Part shown: in pieces, positions 51,503 to 63,370 of the stretch | Layout of the letters: each line of letters opens with the position of its first letter | Numbering within the stretch: the stretch's first letter is position 1 | DNA from: Microcoleus sp. | GTDB lineage: Bacteria > Cyanobacteriota > Cyanobacteriia > Cyanobacteriales > Microcoleaceae | DNA length: 64,000 nucleotides | NCBI GenBank assembly: GCA_052279835.1 | Contig: CP181291.1 | Span: forward strand, 4,224,001 to 4,288,000 | Direction of reading: 5' to 3' | Program-made: the position numbers and the translations under genes | Notes under the pieces: generated by a model | What the model was told of the DNA's origin: nothing | The model's database searches: none | What the model saw: only the letters and a program-made list of their open reading frames with translations

Positions 51503-54500
51503 ATGAAAATGCTCAACCGTCGCACTCAACCCCTATTATTCTTGACACTTAGTGGCATCCTGGCCATCGCCTACTATGTGACTGGAAAACTCGCAGCCTC
51601 CATGCTGGGATTCGTGAAAGCCGATGCTTCCCCGGTGTGGCCACCCGCCGGCATCGCCCTCGCGGCACTCCTACTCCAAGGACGGCGGATGTGGCCCGGA
51701 ATTACCGTCGGTTCCCTGCTGTTGAGTTCTACCTTCGCCGTCGGTATACCCTCCATCGTCATGCTCTCTTCAGCCTTTAGCGTCACCCTGCAAGCTCTCC
51801 TTGGTGAGGCTTTGCTCAGGCGCTGGGGTTTTTCGACCAAACTCGATCGCCTGGGAGATGTTCTGGGGTTAGTAGCCTGCGCTGTCATTGGGTCTACTTT
51901 GATTGGTTCTACCATCAGCAATCTGAGCGGCTGCATTTTTGGTTGGATTCCGTGGAGCAATTTTTGGAGAAATTGGTGGACAATGTGGCTGGGTGATGGT
52001 ATTGGGATTTTGCTATTTACCCCTGTCTTGCTGACTTTGACCCACTTCTTACGGAATAGATTTGGCAAAAAATTAGTTAATTATTCAGAACCGTTGATTT
52101 TGCTAACTCTGCTAGTGAGTGTTAGCTGGCTGGTGTTTGGTTCAAAAACAGATGCTGCTAGCGCCATCTATCCCCTAGAATATTTGCCTTTTCCTCTGGT
52201 AGTCTGGGCGGCCCTGCGATGGAGTTCTGGGGGAGCGATTTTTGCTTATTCAATCGTTTCTTACATCGCGATTTTGGGATTACTAATTACCGATTACCAA
52301 ATTTAATTGTTAATTATTCAGAACCGTTGATTTTGCTAACTCTGCTAGTGAGTGTTAGCTGGCTGGTGTTTGGTTCAAAAACAGATGCTGCTAGCGCCAT
52401 CTATCCCCTAGAATATTTGCCTTTTCCTCTGGTAGTCTGGGCGGCCCTGCGATGGAGTTCTGGGGGAGCGATTTTTGCTTATTCAATCGTTTCTTACATC
52501 GCGATTTTGGGAACTGTCCAGGGCGGGGGTCCGTTTTTAGTCAACTCTTCGGCTACCCTCAGTGACCGGCTCACTTTGATGCCGGTTTTATTTTTACAGG
52601 CTTTTATCGGGACGATCGCCATTGTCGCTTTGATGTTAGCCGCCGCCGTCGCCGAACGCGAGCAAGCTCTGGTGGAAGTGCGTCGCACAGCAGCCATGTT
52701 GCGCGATCGTGAAGCTAGTTTGGCCAACGCTCAACGTATTGCTCAGTTAGGCCATTGGGATTTAGATTGCGCCACCCTAGAACCACCTCACGACTGGGAG
52801 CAATCGCCCGAACATTATACATCCAACCTCGAATTGCGGTGGTCCGACCAACTTTATCGGCTCTTGGGTTTAACTCCCGGAACAGTCAAACCTGCGCCCT
52901 GGTTGTTTCTGCAAGCGGTACACCCAGAAGACCGAGAATTGGTAGCGCGATCGCAGCGCCAAGCCATATTGGAGCGAAAATCCTATTGCATTAATTACCG
53001 GATTGTGCTCGGCAATGGCTCCGAACGAACTGTGTGCGAACAGTCGGAAATTCACTCAAACGTGATTTCTGCAACAGTTCAGGACGTTACCGATCGCTAC
53101 CTTGCTACCAAAGCCTTGCGAGCATCAGTCGATCGCGATCGCCTCCTCTCAGAAATGGCACTGCGGATTCGCCATTCCCTAGACCTCCAAGAAATTCTCA
53201 ATACTACTGTCGCCGAAGTCCGGCAATTTTTCAAAGCAGACCGCGCTTTCATCGGCATAAAATCGGCGCTGGAGACAATACCAGACTCGCCAGTCTACGG
53301 TCAGATTGTCGCTGAGTCTGTCGGTACCGAATACCCTTCTATTTTGGGCTGTGTGCTGGCTGACCAGAGCCATTTTGAATACTTGAAAACGTTTTATGCC
53401 ACCAACCGCGCCAGAGCAATCTCCGATACTGCTAGCGTGGAAGTCATCGATGGATTTACCAAATACTACAATGAGTATCAAATTCGGGCAACGTTAAATG
53501 TGCCGATCGTCTTGGGCGGTGAGTTGTTCGGAACCCTGGCTGTCAATCAGTGTTCTGGGCCCCGCCAGTGGCAGGAATTTGAGATTGATTTATTAGAAAA
53601 ACTTGCTACCCAAGTGGCGATCGCCCTTCAGCAAGCCCAACTTTTGCAGCAGGTAAAAGACCTCAATACCAACCTAGAATTTCAAGTGGAGGAACGCACC
53701 AGACAGCTACAACAAAAAATGCAAGAATTGCAAGAAAGCAATCGACTCAAAGACTTGTTTTTACACGCAGTTTCCCACCATCTCCGCACGCCAGTTATGG
53801 GAATGTTAATCCTGATGAAAAACTTACTCAATAAAGCATCTGCTGACTCTCAACAAACTGTTCCGATTTCTCGCTCGATTTTGGAGCGGATAGTTGAGGG
53901 CAGCGAACACCAGTTGGGTATGGTTAATGCCCTACTCGACGCTCACGCCACCGGGGTCAAAGGTGTTTGCCTTAACACCTTACCACTGCAATTACCATCT
54001 TTAACTTCCGCAGTCATTGCCAAAATAGAACCGCTGCTGGCTAAAAATCAAGCAACTTTAACTCAGGAAATACCTGCGAATTTGCCTCTGGTATTTGCCG
54101 ATGTCCAACAGTTACAGCGGGTCTTAGAAAATCTACTGATTAATGCTATCAAACACAATCCTCCCGGAGTAACAATAAATTGTAAATTAGAGGTGATAGA
54201 AGTAGATAATTTCCTACTTAATCAAAGTAATAAAAATAATCTAATAGCGCAAAATGGTATATTATATAAATGTATAGATCAGGTGAGATATTCCTCGGAT
54301 GCTGAAAGTCAAATCTTTAAAATAGGTGGGGAATCTGCGACACAACCGCTAGAAATCAGCATGAAATATCGTGATATACATAGCAAAAGTTACTGCGATG
54401 GCAGTTACCAATTCCCTCGCTATCAAGGTGAAATTGGCAATCTGAGCTACCAATTACCGCGATCGACCGTAAAAATGGTTCGCACTGTTGTAGTGGATAA

Positions 54501-54714
54501 TGGAGTAGGAATCAGCCCACAACAGTGTGACTCTTTGTTTGAACTCTGCGTTCAAGACCCCAATAACCGACAACTAACCGGGCTGGGTTTGGGACTGTAC
54601 CTTTCCAAGCAAATTATCAAAGCTCACGGCGGTGAAATGGGCATGGAAAACACTCCTGGAGGTGGCTCGACTTTCTGGTTTTCTTTGCCTGTTGTGGAAG
54701 TTGTCAGTAGTTAG
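51503..54714 (+). pseudogene. MASE1-PAS-GAF sensor histidine kinase split by an internal duplication
   Basis: MASE1 (SPVWPPAGIALA, WWLGD-like), PAS_3, GAF, HisKA SHHLRTP, HATPase. Exact 204-bp repeat (52076-52279 = 52309-52512) shifts the frame. Confidence 0.75.
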
Positions 54715-54774
54715 TAGTTATTTGTTAGTGGTGGGTTCTTTAACAAACAACAAATCACAAATAACAAATCACAA

Positions 54775-56562
54775 ATGGCCAATGCTAAATCAGTTCCAGG
54801 ACTAACGGTTTATGAGGTGTGGCGCGATCGCTTTCTTCGAGACAGGCTACGCCCTACTGTACAGATTGCTATTTTTTTTGTTTTAACAATTATTATCTAT
54901 TTTTTCGGTGAAGCCCTCTTGGCTCCCCAGGAGTTTAAACCTGTTTACCTGTACACGAGTTTTGCTGTAGAGTTAGGTTTAATCACTTGCTTGGTTTTGC
55001 AAAAAACTGCGATCGGACAGCGTTACCCTGGTTTGCTATTTTTGGGTTTTTCCTGGTCCTTGACTGTAGTTGTACAGCTTGGATTGGCTTTCGCCAGAGT
55101 CGGAGACTTGCCGATTTTAACCTGGAGTTTAGCATTTCTGACCCAGGCTACGCTCATGCCTGTACGTTGGCCTCTGCACCTGATTTCTCAACTTGGTGTT
55201 TTGTTGTGCCACATCGCAATCAATTTGGTTTTAAACCTGAGCTTTGCTAGGTATACTCCTTTTCGGATCAGCGGCTTTTACTTGTATTTATTTTGGTTTT
55301 GTTTTATTTGTGACTTGTCAGTTTACTGGTACGAAATTCTCCAAAAAACAGAGTTTAGCACTCGCAGAGAATTGCAATCTGCTTATCAACAATTGGAGGT
55401 GGCGGAAGCGAAGTATCGCAGTATTTTTGAAAATGCTGGTGAGGGTATTTTTCAAAGCACTCCCGATGGCCGCTATATTACTGCTAATCCAGCTTTGGCG
55501 AAGATTTATGGGTGCGATTCACCATCGGAGGTGACGGCAAAATTTACTGATATCGGGCATCAGTTGTATCTCGATCGCGATCGCAGGAGTCAGTTTGTGC
55601 GAGCGATCGAGGAAAACGGCAGAGTGTCGGATTTTGAGTCTCAAATTTATCGCTGTGATGGGAGTATTGTCTGGATTTCTGAGAATGCTAGGGCGGTGTT
55701 CGATAGCAGTGGCTCTGTGGTTTATTATGAAGGTTCCATTCAGGATATCACTCAGCGAAAACAGGCGCAATCAGCTCTTAGGCTGTTTGTTCACGCTCTT
55801 TCTCATGATTTGCGAAACCCTGTTGCAGGAATGTTAATGGTTTTGAAAAATTGGGAAAAAAAATCGGATAAATCTATAGAAATTCCTCGTTCAGTTTTGG
55901 AGCGGATGATTAAAGGTAGCGAGCAGCAATTGCGGTTAATCGATTCTTTATTGGAAGTTCATGCTAGCGAATTGCGCGGTTTAGTTTTGCACTGCGAGCG
56001 GGTAAATTTGAAGCAGCTAATTGAAGATGCTGCTGCCGATTTGGAGCCGTTAATTCATGATAGTCAAGCTAGTTTTAAAAATTTAGTAGCCGATGATTTG
56101 CCTGCCGTTTATGGCGATCCCACTCAGTTATGGCGGGTTTTTTCTAATTTAATTTCTAACGCTTTAAAACATAATTTATCTGGGCTAAATGTAACTATTT
56201 CAGCTAAGGTGATAGATGGAGAAAAATTCACTAAATATCCGGGGGATGTGCCGTCGGATACTGAGAAATTTCCCATTAATGATTCCCAGATTTTTACCCT
56301 GAATTCCCAATTTTCGATTCTGAATTCTCCCATGAAGATGATTTTATGTGTTGTTCAAGATGATGGGGTGGGAATATCGCCGGAACAGTGCGAACATCTT
56401 TTTGAACTTTATGTTAGAGGCTCACGCTCCCGACAATCTGTAGGTTTAGGTTTAGGGCTCTATCTTTGTCGGCAAATTATTGGGGCTCACGGCGGGAAAA
56501 TAGGGGTGATTAGCACTCCGGGTGCTGGGGCCATTTTTTGGTTTACTTTGTCGCTGGCTTAA
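54775..56562 (+). CDS. Membrane PAS-domain sensor histidine kinase
   Basis: TM helices, YRSIFENAGEGIFQ PAS, SHDLRNP, NLISNA, DDGVG, GLGLGL. Confidence 0.92.
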   Translation: MANAKSVPGLTVYEVWRDRFLRDRLRPTVQIAIFFVLTIIIYFFGEALLAPQEFKPVYLYTSFAVELGLITCLVLQKTAIGQRYPGLLFLGFSWSLTVVVQLGLAFARVGDLPILTWSLAFLTQATLMPVRWPLHLISQLGVLLCHIAINLVLNLSFARYTPFRISGFYLYLFWFCFICDLSVYWYEILQKTEFSTRRELQSAYQQLEVAEAKYRSIFENAGEGIFQSTPDGRYITANPALAKIYGCDSPSEVTAKFTDIGHQLYLDRDRRSQFVRAIEENGRVSDFESQIYRCDGSIVWISENARAVFDSSGSVVYYEGSIQDITQRKQAQSALRLFVHALSHDLRNPVAGMLMVLKNWEKKSDKSIEIPRSVLERMIKGSEQQLRLIDSLLEVHASELRGLVLHCERVNLKQLIEDAAADLEPLIHDSQASFKNLVADDLPAVYGDPTQLWRVFSNLISNALKHNLSGLNVTISAKVIDGEKFTKYPGDVPSDTEKFPINDSQIFTLNSQFSILNSPMKMILCVVQDDGVGISPEQCEHLFELYVRGSRSRQSVGLGLGLYLCRQIIGAHGGKIGVISTPGAGAIFWFTLSLA

Positions 56563-56985
56563 GACGATCGAGGGAGTTTTTGTTTCCTTCACTACATTTC
56601 ATTCTGACATTTTACCCACTCCGGTAAACTTTCCAGTATCAACCAAATTTATGCCTTCGGACTATTGCCATTGGTATCGAATAGTGATACAATACCGGGG
56701 AAGAATATTTTAAATAAAATAATTCTCAACTTCATATTTTCTTTAGAAAAATCATCTATTTTATCTCAAATATCCTGAAAACCCTGTGTATCCACCATGG
56801 TGGAGAGAGCTTTAGATTTGGGATTCTAGATTGAGAATTTGGGATTTTCCCCAGAGATGAAAGCGATCGTTGTCACCAATTTGATGCTGTATCGCCCAAT
56901 TTTGAAAGGCCAGGATTCTACAAATAGATCTAAATTCCCTATCTAAAATCTACACATAGTCTCAGCAAAAGAGGCTATAAAATAA

Positions 56986-57501
56986 ATGCAAAATCTGTTA
57001 ACTATGTTTGTGTCGCCAAACTCAGAAAATACAGCCAAAAGTGAAGAAGATAAATATAACGAACGCTCGTTTTCCATATTAACGCGAGCGCTAACTCTTG
57101 CTCAAGGTTATTTTTCGTTTGTTTTAGTTCACTGCAACTCCATGACTTTGCGGCAACAAATAGTCGATCGACTGCAAGCAAATTCTGCCATCAAACCCAG
57201 GCAACTGCTATTGCCAAAATCTGCGACAACTCTCTACGCGACCATCATCGCCGAACTGGAAGACGAACAGCCTCCGGCTTTAATGATCGTGGGTATAGAG
57301 TCAGTAATAGCGATCGATCGACTACTGGTTTCTACCAACTTATTATGCAGCGAATTCAGCAAAACTTTTTCCTTTCCCCTAGTTTTTTGGGTTACGGATG
57401 AAATCCTGCGAAAAATAATTCGCATCGCCCCAGATTTATACAATCGGATGCCGACAGCCATTAGATTTGTATCCAATAGCGCCGAAATAAATAATCAGTA
57501 G
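56986..57501 (+). CDS. Hypothetical protein resembling the N-terminal module of cyanobacterial STAND/TPR/WD40 proteins
   Basis: LTRALTLAQGYFSFVLVHCN, PPALMIVGIESV, FSFPLVFWV, RIAPDL. Confidence 0.55.
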   Translation: MQNLLTMFVSPNSENTAKSEEDKYNERSFSILTRALTLAQGYFSFVLVHCNSMTLRQQIVDRLQANSAIKPRQLLLPKSATTLYATIIAELEDEQPPALMIVGIESVIAIDRLLVSTNLLCSEFSKTFSFPLVFWVTDEILRKIIRIAPDLYNRMPTAIRFVSNSAEINNQ

Positions 57502-57555
57502 GGATTTAAAAGAAAAAGAGCGAGTTTGAAGTCGAGTTGGCCGCGATTAATTCAG

Positions 57556-58054
57556 CTACACACTTTTAAACTCTGCTTCCCAAATCGCCACCAATTCCCG
57601 CGCCGCAGCGCTTCCCTCTGGGGGAAAATCTGTCAAAAAATCTTTATCACTCCCTAAGTCGTAGGGTCCTTCCTTCAATTCCAGAATCGCAGTATCCTCC
57701 GCCAAAGCTACTAGGGTGTGGACAGTACCTTCTGGAAGTTCTACGGCGCGAGTGGGCCCAGCCGCACTGAGTCGGAAAGAATCAATAATTTTACCTTGGT
57801 CATTGAAAATAATCATGCCCAATTCTCCCTGAAGCACTACAAAAAACTCAAAACCGTTAACTGCTGGAGGACGCAGGTGTCGGTGAGGGCGGGACATAGG
57901 TCCCCGGCTGCAAGACGTTGACAAACCGCTGCACCTTTTCTGACAAATCGTGGAAATTGTAATTTTGTCGCTGGCGGGGATTGTGACGAGAGTTGGCGGC
58001 AACTTCGTCCAACAATTCCTGTGTCAGCAACTTGATGGGAGGGGATTGCACCAC
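57556..58054 (-). pseudogene. WbuC-family cupin, frameshifted
   Basis: RQRQNYNFH..VQRFVNVLQPGTYV in one frame continues RPHRH..EFFVVLQG..HTLV..ELKEGPY in another; one extra C at ~57891-57893. Confidence 0.8.
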
Positions 58055-58120
58055 AGATATCCTGTATTTAATGGTTTTTCTACAAATCGGCTAGTCTGAG
58101 ATTAACCTTACCAGCATCTC

Positions 58121-59356
58121 TTGACCATGAAAATCGCAAATCAGGTGGCGATGGCTTCGATAGTACGTTTGTCAAGTATTTTGAGAACAAGTATTGGGTC
58201 GATCGCGCTTGCAACTATTTTAATCAGCAATGGCGCTGTTTCTGCCTCCGAACCGAGATTACCAGCACTGTGGGTTCAGGATACATCACAACAAGTGGAA
58301 CTGAAAGAAGAAATTCGCGATCGCGTTCAAGAAGAAGTAGACATCGCTTTCGGGCGCACTGCGGTACTGCTAAACGGCATAGTAATTGCCTTAACTTTTT
58401 TTCCGACAGCCGCCGGAGTCGCCGCTTGGTTCCTCTGGGCTAAATTGTCCAAGCAGACAACAATTGCTCGCCAAGAAATTGAGAGTCTGCGCTATGATAC
58501 GATTTCTCAATTAAAACTTTTAATTTCTGATGCTGAAACTATTTTAGGGGAAATTCAGCACCAAAGTTTCCAATCAGATGTAGAAACAGACCTCCTCTTC
58601 CCCGATGCCCAAATTCAAGAATTTGCCCCGGTTAATTACAGTAACTACAAACAGTTATTAACTGCTGGAGATTATGCGAAACAGGGAGATGCTTGTTTCT
58701 TTGAAAACCGCTACGAAGATGCGATCGCAGCTTACAACCTTGCCCTACAAATCCAGCCAGATTTAGCAGATACTTGGAATAATCGCGGAGTAGTGCTCAC
58801 CAGAATGCAGCGATATCCAGAGGCGATCGCCTCTTACGAACAAGCGACTGCAATTCGCCCCAATTATCCAGACGCTTGGAACAACCGAGGAGTGGTGCTG
58901 TTGGAATTGCAGCAATACCAAGATGCGATCGCCTGCTACGAACAAGCCATTCAAGCCAAACCAGACTACGCCGATGCTTGGAACAATCGAGGCGTAGCTT
59001 TCTCAAAAATGCAGGAATACGAACAGGCCGTAATTTCTTACAATCAAGCCCTACAAATCAAAAATGATTATACTGACGCTTGGAACAATCGAGGCGTAGC
59101 GCTGTCTAAATTGCAAAAATACGAAGCCGCCATAGATTCCTATGACAATGCAGCCAAAATTAGACCAGATTTTTACCGAATTTGGTACAACAAAGCTAGA
59201 TGTTATGCGCTGCAAGGTCAAACTGAGTTGGCTATTGAGAATTTAAAACGTGCCTTAAATCTGAATCCCAATTTGTGTAAACAGTTGGCTAAAAATGAAC
59301 CTGATTTTGAAAATATTCGTGAATATGAGGCATTTAAACATTTGATAACTAACTAA
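58121..59356 (+). CDS. Tetratricopeptide repeat protein, membrane anchored
   Basis: Repeated AWNNRGV.L..LQ.Y..AI..Y..A..I.PDY units. Confidence 0.9.
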   Translation: MTMKIANQVAMASIVRLSSILRTSIGSIALATILISNGAVSASEPRLPALWVQDTSQQVELKEEIRDRVQEEVDIAFGRTAVLLNGIVIALTFFPTAAGVAAWFLWAKLSKQTTIARQEIESLRYDTISQLKLLISDAETILGEIQHQSFQSDVETDLLFPDAQIQEFAPVNYSNYKQLLTAGDYAKQGDACFFENRYEDAIAAYNLALQIQPDLADTWNNRGVVLTRMQRYPEAIASYEQATAIRPNYPDAWNNRGVVLLELQQYQDAIACYEQAIQAKPDYADAWNNRGVAFSKMQEYEQAVISYNQALQIKNDYTDAWNNRGVALSKLQKYEAAIDSYDNAAKIRPDFYRIWYNKARCYALQGQTELAIENLKRALNLNPNLCKQLAKNEPDFENIREYEAFKHLITN

Positions 59357-59460
59357 TAAGTCGTAAGATTAAACAAACCACGAAGGCGCTAAGGACACGA
59401 AGTCAGAGAAAGAAGGGAGGGAGTTCTTCCTTACCACCCTTAGCGTCTTCGCAGTTCGTT

Positions 59461-60333
59461 TTACAAATACTTCTGCAACAACAGACCCATTTTCTCCTTA
59501 GTAGCCGCCGGAACTTTATCTAACGGGGTCAAAATTGCATATTTTAAAGCTGAATGGGACTCGGAAACAGGGGGATTTTCAGTTAGCCTGCGGACTGTTT
59601 CTTGAATGACTTTTTGAGCATTTGCGGCATTGCGATGCAAGTTGGCAACTACCATTTCTACAGTTACGCTGTCGTGATCGGTGTGCCAGCAGTCGTAGTC
59701 GGTGACTAAGGCTAAAGTGGCGTAGGCAATTTCTGCTTCTCTGGCTAATTTTGCTTCCGGCAAATTGGTCATCCCGATGACTGTGGCATCCCAACTGCGG
59801 TAAAGGTGTGATTCTGCTTTTGTGGAAAATGCGGGGCCTTCCATGCAAACGTAGGTGCCGCCACGGTGCAGGGTGACGTCGGGGAGGTTCAAGGATTCGA
59901 TCGCCCCTGCTAGCACTTTTGCCAAGGCGCCACAAATCGGGTCTCCGAAGGTAATGTGGCCGACAATTCCTTCTCCAAAAAAGGTAGAAACTCGACCTTT
60001 GGTGCGATCGATAAACTGATCTGGTACTACCATATCCAAAGGTTTCGCCTCTGCTTTGAGGGAACCAACCGCCGATGCTGAGATTAAATACTCAACTCCC
60101 AGACTCTTCATGGCATAAATATTCGCCCGGTACGGCACTTCTGATGGTAAAAAAGTGTGATTGCGGCCGTGTCTTGCCAGAAATGCTACCGGCGTACCGT
60201 CCAAGGTTCCCACGATCGCCGCATCCGAAGGCGAGCCAAACGGTGTATCAATTTTTACCTCTTCCACATCCTTGAGGGCATCCATTTTATACAAGCCACT
60301 GCCGCCGATGATTCCGATCTTTGCTTGAGCCAT
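59461..60333 (-). CDS. mtnP: S-methyl-5'-thioadenosine phosphorylase
   Basis: [50 protein letters not shown]. Confidence 0.95.
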   Translation of the reverse strand: MAQAKIGIIGGSGLYKMDALKDVEEVKIDTPFGSPSDAAIVGTLDGTPVAFLARHGRNHTFLPSEVPYRANIYAMKSLGVEYLISASAVGSLKAEAKPLDMVVPDQFIDRTKGRVSTFFGEGIVGHITFGDPICGALAKVLAGAIESLNLPDVTLHRGGTYVCMEGPAFSTKAESHLYRSWDATVIGMTNLPEAKLAREAEIAYATLALVTDYDCWHTDHDSVTVEMVVANLHRNAANAQKVIQETVRRLTENPPVSESHSALKYAILTPLDKVPAATKEKMGLLLQKYL

Positions 60334-60543
60334 AATTTTTACCTGTTTTTGAGAGTTTTACTTAGTGATTTTACCGGGCTGTTGTAAATTTAGTGTCAAG
60401 AACGCTAAATATTTAATCACCTCATTGTCTTGAATACACTACATTGTCACAAACAAGTGGTGATTTAAATCACAACCTTTCTTTACTGAATCTTTAAAAA
60501 TAAAGATACTGATTTCTGTTATGTATTTTTAGGGTGTAAAACA

Positions 60544-60744
60544 ATGACAGTCAGTTCTACAAGTACCACCAAAATCTCTGTGGAAGCCGTAGCCGAACGA
60601 GTCTTGGCTTTCCGTCAAATTACGGCCCTCGACAGAAGGCTCCTCAAGTCAGCGGTGATGAACGGACTCGACCAAAAAGACCACACTCACATCAATCGAT
60701 TGTGTCAGGCTATACAAAGTGGCTTGGTTTTAGTGGTCGAGTAA
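60544..60744 (+). CDS. Small conserved cyanobacterial hypothetical protein
   Basis: 66 aa; SVEAVAERVLAFRQITALDRRLL...INRLCQAIQSGLVLVVE. Confidence 0.65.
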   Translation: MTVSSTSTTKISVEAVAERVLAFRQITALDRRLLKSAVMNGLDQKDHTHINRLCQAIQSGLVLVVE

Positions 60745-60890
60745 ATCTGCCGTGTGATTATACACAAGCTAAAGATACTTAGTGTTTTCAAATATACGCT
60801 TGAATCTGCTTGAATTGTGCTAGATCATAATTTATTGGTTTTTTTTTCGCCCCTCACTATTTACATTTATCTCAAGTTTTAATTATTAAA

Positions 60891-63275
60891 TTAATCGCAC
60901 TTTAAACCTGCCTCCGCAGCCGTTGCATACTTGATCGGAACAAATGTGACACGAAACCGTTCTTTCTCACACTTGACAATATGCACCAATTGGCTGGGAG
61001 GGTTTTGGCGATCGCCGTTCGCATCAAACTGAATAGTTCCCGTTCCTCCTTCGAGCTTAAAATCCGACAGAGAAAGCGTTTTATGCATTCCTTCGCGGCT
61101 GGGTTGCTCCTGCATTTCCATTGCCTTAATCAGTGCCGCAGTTGCATCATAAGCTAAGGCTGTATCAGTATTTACCGTTCCTCCCCACAGTTTTTGAGCC
61201 TGTTGAGGAAATCTTTTATTAACACTGCTTAAAGGATGCCAGGGGACAGATATGACTAATTTTTCAAAAGATTTTAGCTGGGATACCGCTTCTAAAGTTC
61301 TCCACTTGTAAAGTACCCAAATTCCGGCTATCCAATTGCGATCGCGGTTGGCTGTAATCATTGCAATCGCGTTATTTAATGAATTAGTAACTTGACCGTC
61401 TGGAGATAACACGATCGCTGTTTCTGCTGTTTGCTGGATTTCCTTTAAAGCTGTTGGGGCGTTGAATTCTTTTTTAGATAAATCGAAGTCGCGAATTCTG
61501 ACTATTTTTCCTTTTTGGTCATCTTGAAACTGCCTTTTGAAAGCCCGCGTAAAATAAGAACCAGAGGAACTGCCGGGATTGTATAAAACTGTCGCTTGAT
61601 TTTTGCCTGCTTCCATGAGATGTTTGGCTAAAGTTTGAGCTGCAAACCGAGTCGAATAGGATGTGCGAAAGAAAATCTTTCGATGCTTTTCTGTCAATTC
61701 TTCCGTTGTACTTGCCGGAGAAATCAGCACCAGGTTATTTTGGTCATAAATATCTACTGTTGATACTGTCATCTCGCTGGCATAGTGACCGACCACTCCT
61801 AAAATCTCCGGCTGTTTAACCAGTGAAGAGGCTATTTTGATTGCCTCTGTTTTGACATTCGCATCATCAGTAATTACAACTCTCAGACCTTTTCCCTTAA
61901 TAGATTTTGCTTGAATAAATTCTTGGCCTGGAAAGTTGGAATTTTTATCATTAGCATCTATTAGTCCTAAATTAACTTGTGTTTGGGCTTGAGCCACGCC
62001 GCGCAAAAGTTCTTTTGCCGAATCTGCATTAACTGAACCATTTTGATTTTTCAGGATGGGAACGGCAACAGCTATTGTGTAATAATCAGCATTTTTCGCC
62101 TTCAATAAGGCATTGTTCATGTAAATTAAAGTTTCGGGGTCGGTGCTGTCTTCCTCCTTCCAGGATTGTTTGAAAAAAGTAAAAGCTGATTGATAATTTG
62201 ATTTGGCAAACTCCTCAACACCCCTTTGCTTTAACCGAGGCGAAGAAGTTGTTACTAGGATTTCTTCACCACAACTCATCGCATCTCCCTGAATTGAAGG
62301 GCAGGTTTTTGGTTGAGAAAGATTGTGGATTACGAATGTTGCGACACTGACTAATATTGCGATCGCCACAAACAACCAAACTCTCCGCTTGGGTGGAGGT
62401 GGCGGTAAAGGTGGCTGCGGTATCTGCAATGGTGTTAGCGATCGCAAGTCGTGCAACACGTCACCAGCGGATTGATAGCGATCGTTAAAGTGGTAGCGCA
62501 CCATCCTGTTTAAGACTTTTTTGAGACTGCCGCTAATTTGGACGATGGGGCGATCGTCCGCCGAGTAGTGCCAGACGCGTTCGCCAGTTCTGGTATGAGG
62601 AAGAAGTTCATCAATATCTAACCCTGTAATGGCTTGAATAGCGATGATTCCCACAGCATAAATATCGCTGCACAATTTGGGTTGACCGTCTAATTGTTCG
62701 GGAGGGGCATATCCGCGCGTGCCGATAGTTGTGGTTTTAGTTTGTCCCGATGCAGTTATCTGCAAACTGCCAATCTCTTTGACAGCGCCAAAATCAATTA
62801 ACACAATTTGGCCGCTGTTGCGCCGGATTAAATTCGAGGGTGTGATGTCGCGGTGGATGACTCCGTTATCGTGGACAAATACGATAATTTCTAAGATTTC
62901 TCGCAATAATTGAGCGACTTGTGCTTCGCTCCACGGGCGATCCGAAATGAGTTCATCTTTTAAAGGATGTCCGTCAATATATTCCTGAACAATATAAAAT
63001 TTTTGCTGTTCTTGAAAATCATCGATGAGTTCGGGAATCTGCAAATGACGACCTAAGAGTTCCAGACTGCTGGCTTCTCTTTTAAATAGTTTTTGTGCTT
63101 TTTGTGTGACTCGCGCATCGTTAGATTGAGGTGGTAGAATTTCCTTGACGACGCACAAGGGAGTTGCCGGCGCCTGCATATCATTAGCCGTATAGGTAAT
63201 CGCAAACCCTCCCTTACCCAAAATACCGACAATTTGGTAGCGATTTTGCAGGATATGCCCTGGATTGAGACACAT
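60891..63275 (-). CDS. Ser/Thr kinase fused to an extracellular branched-chain-amino-acid-binding-like domain
   Basis: LGKGGFA, HRDITPSN, IDFG, TM helix, then ELLRGVAQAQ, GVVGHYAS, AYDATAAL. Confidence 0.9.
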   Translation of the reverse strand: MCLNPGHILQNRYQIVGILGKGGFAITYTANDMQAPATPLCVVKEILPPQSNDARVTQKAQKLFKREASSLELLGRHLQIPELIDDFQEQQKFYIVQEYIDGHPLKDELISDRPWSEAQVAQLLREILEIIVFVHDNGVIHRDITPSNLIRRNSGQIVLIDFGAVKEIGSLQITASGQTKTTTIGTRGYAPPEQLDGQPKLCSDIYAVGIIAIQAITGLDIDELLPHTRTGERVWHYSADDRPIVQISGSLKKVLNRMVRYHFNDRYQSAGDVLHDLRSLTPLQIPQPPLPPPPPKRRVWLFVAIAILVSVATFVIHNLSQPKTCPSIQGDAMSCGEEILVTTSSPRLKQRGVEEFAKSNYQSAFTFFKQSWKEEDSTDPETLIYMNNALLKAKNADYYTIAVAVPILKNQNGSVNADSAKELLRGVAQAQTQVNLGLIDANDKNSNFPGQEFIQAKSIKGKGLRVVITDDANVKTEAIKIASSLVKQPEILGVVGHYASEMTVSTVDIYDQNNLVLISPASTTEELTEKHRKIFFRTSYSTRFAAQTLAKHLMEAGKNQATVLYNPGSSSGSYFTRAFKRQFQDDQKGKIVRIRDFDLSKKEFNAPTALKEIQQTAETAIVLSPDGQVTNSLNNAIAMITANRDRNWIAGIWVLYKWRTLEAVSQLKSFEKLVISVPWHPLSSVNKRFPQQAQKLWGGTVNTDTALAYDATAALIKAMEMQEQPSREGMHKTLSLSDFKLEGGTGTIQFDANGDRQNPPSQLVHIVKCEKERFRVTFVPIKYATAAEAGLKCD

Positions 63276-63370
63276 AAATTTTTTGGTGCTTTGCGAGAAT
63301 CTGCGATCGACCTTGGGATAGATTTTACTATATTAGGGCGATCGGGCGATCGCAAATTCCGCCATTGATA

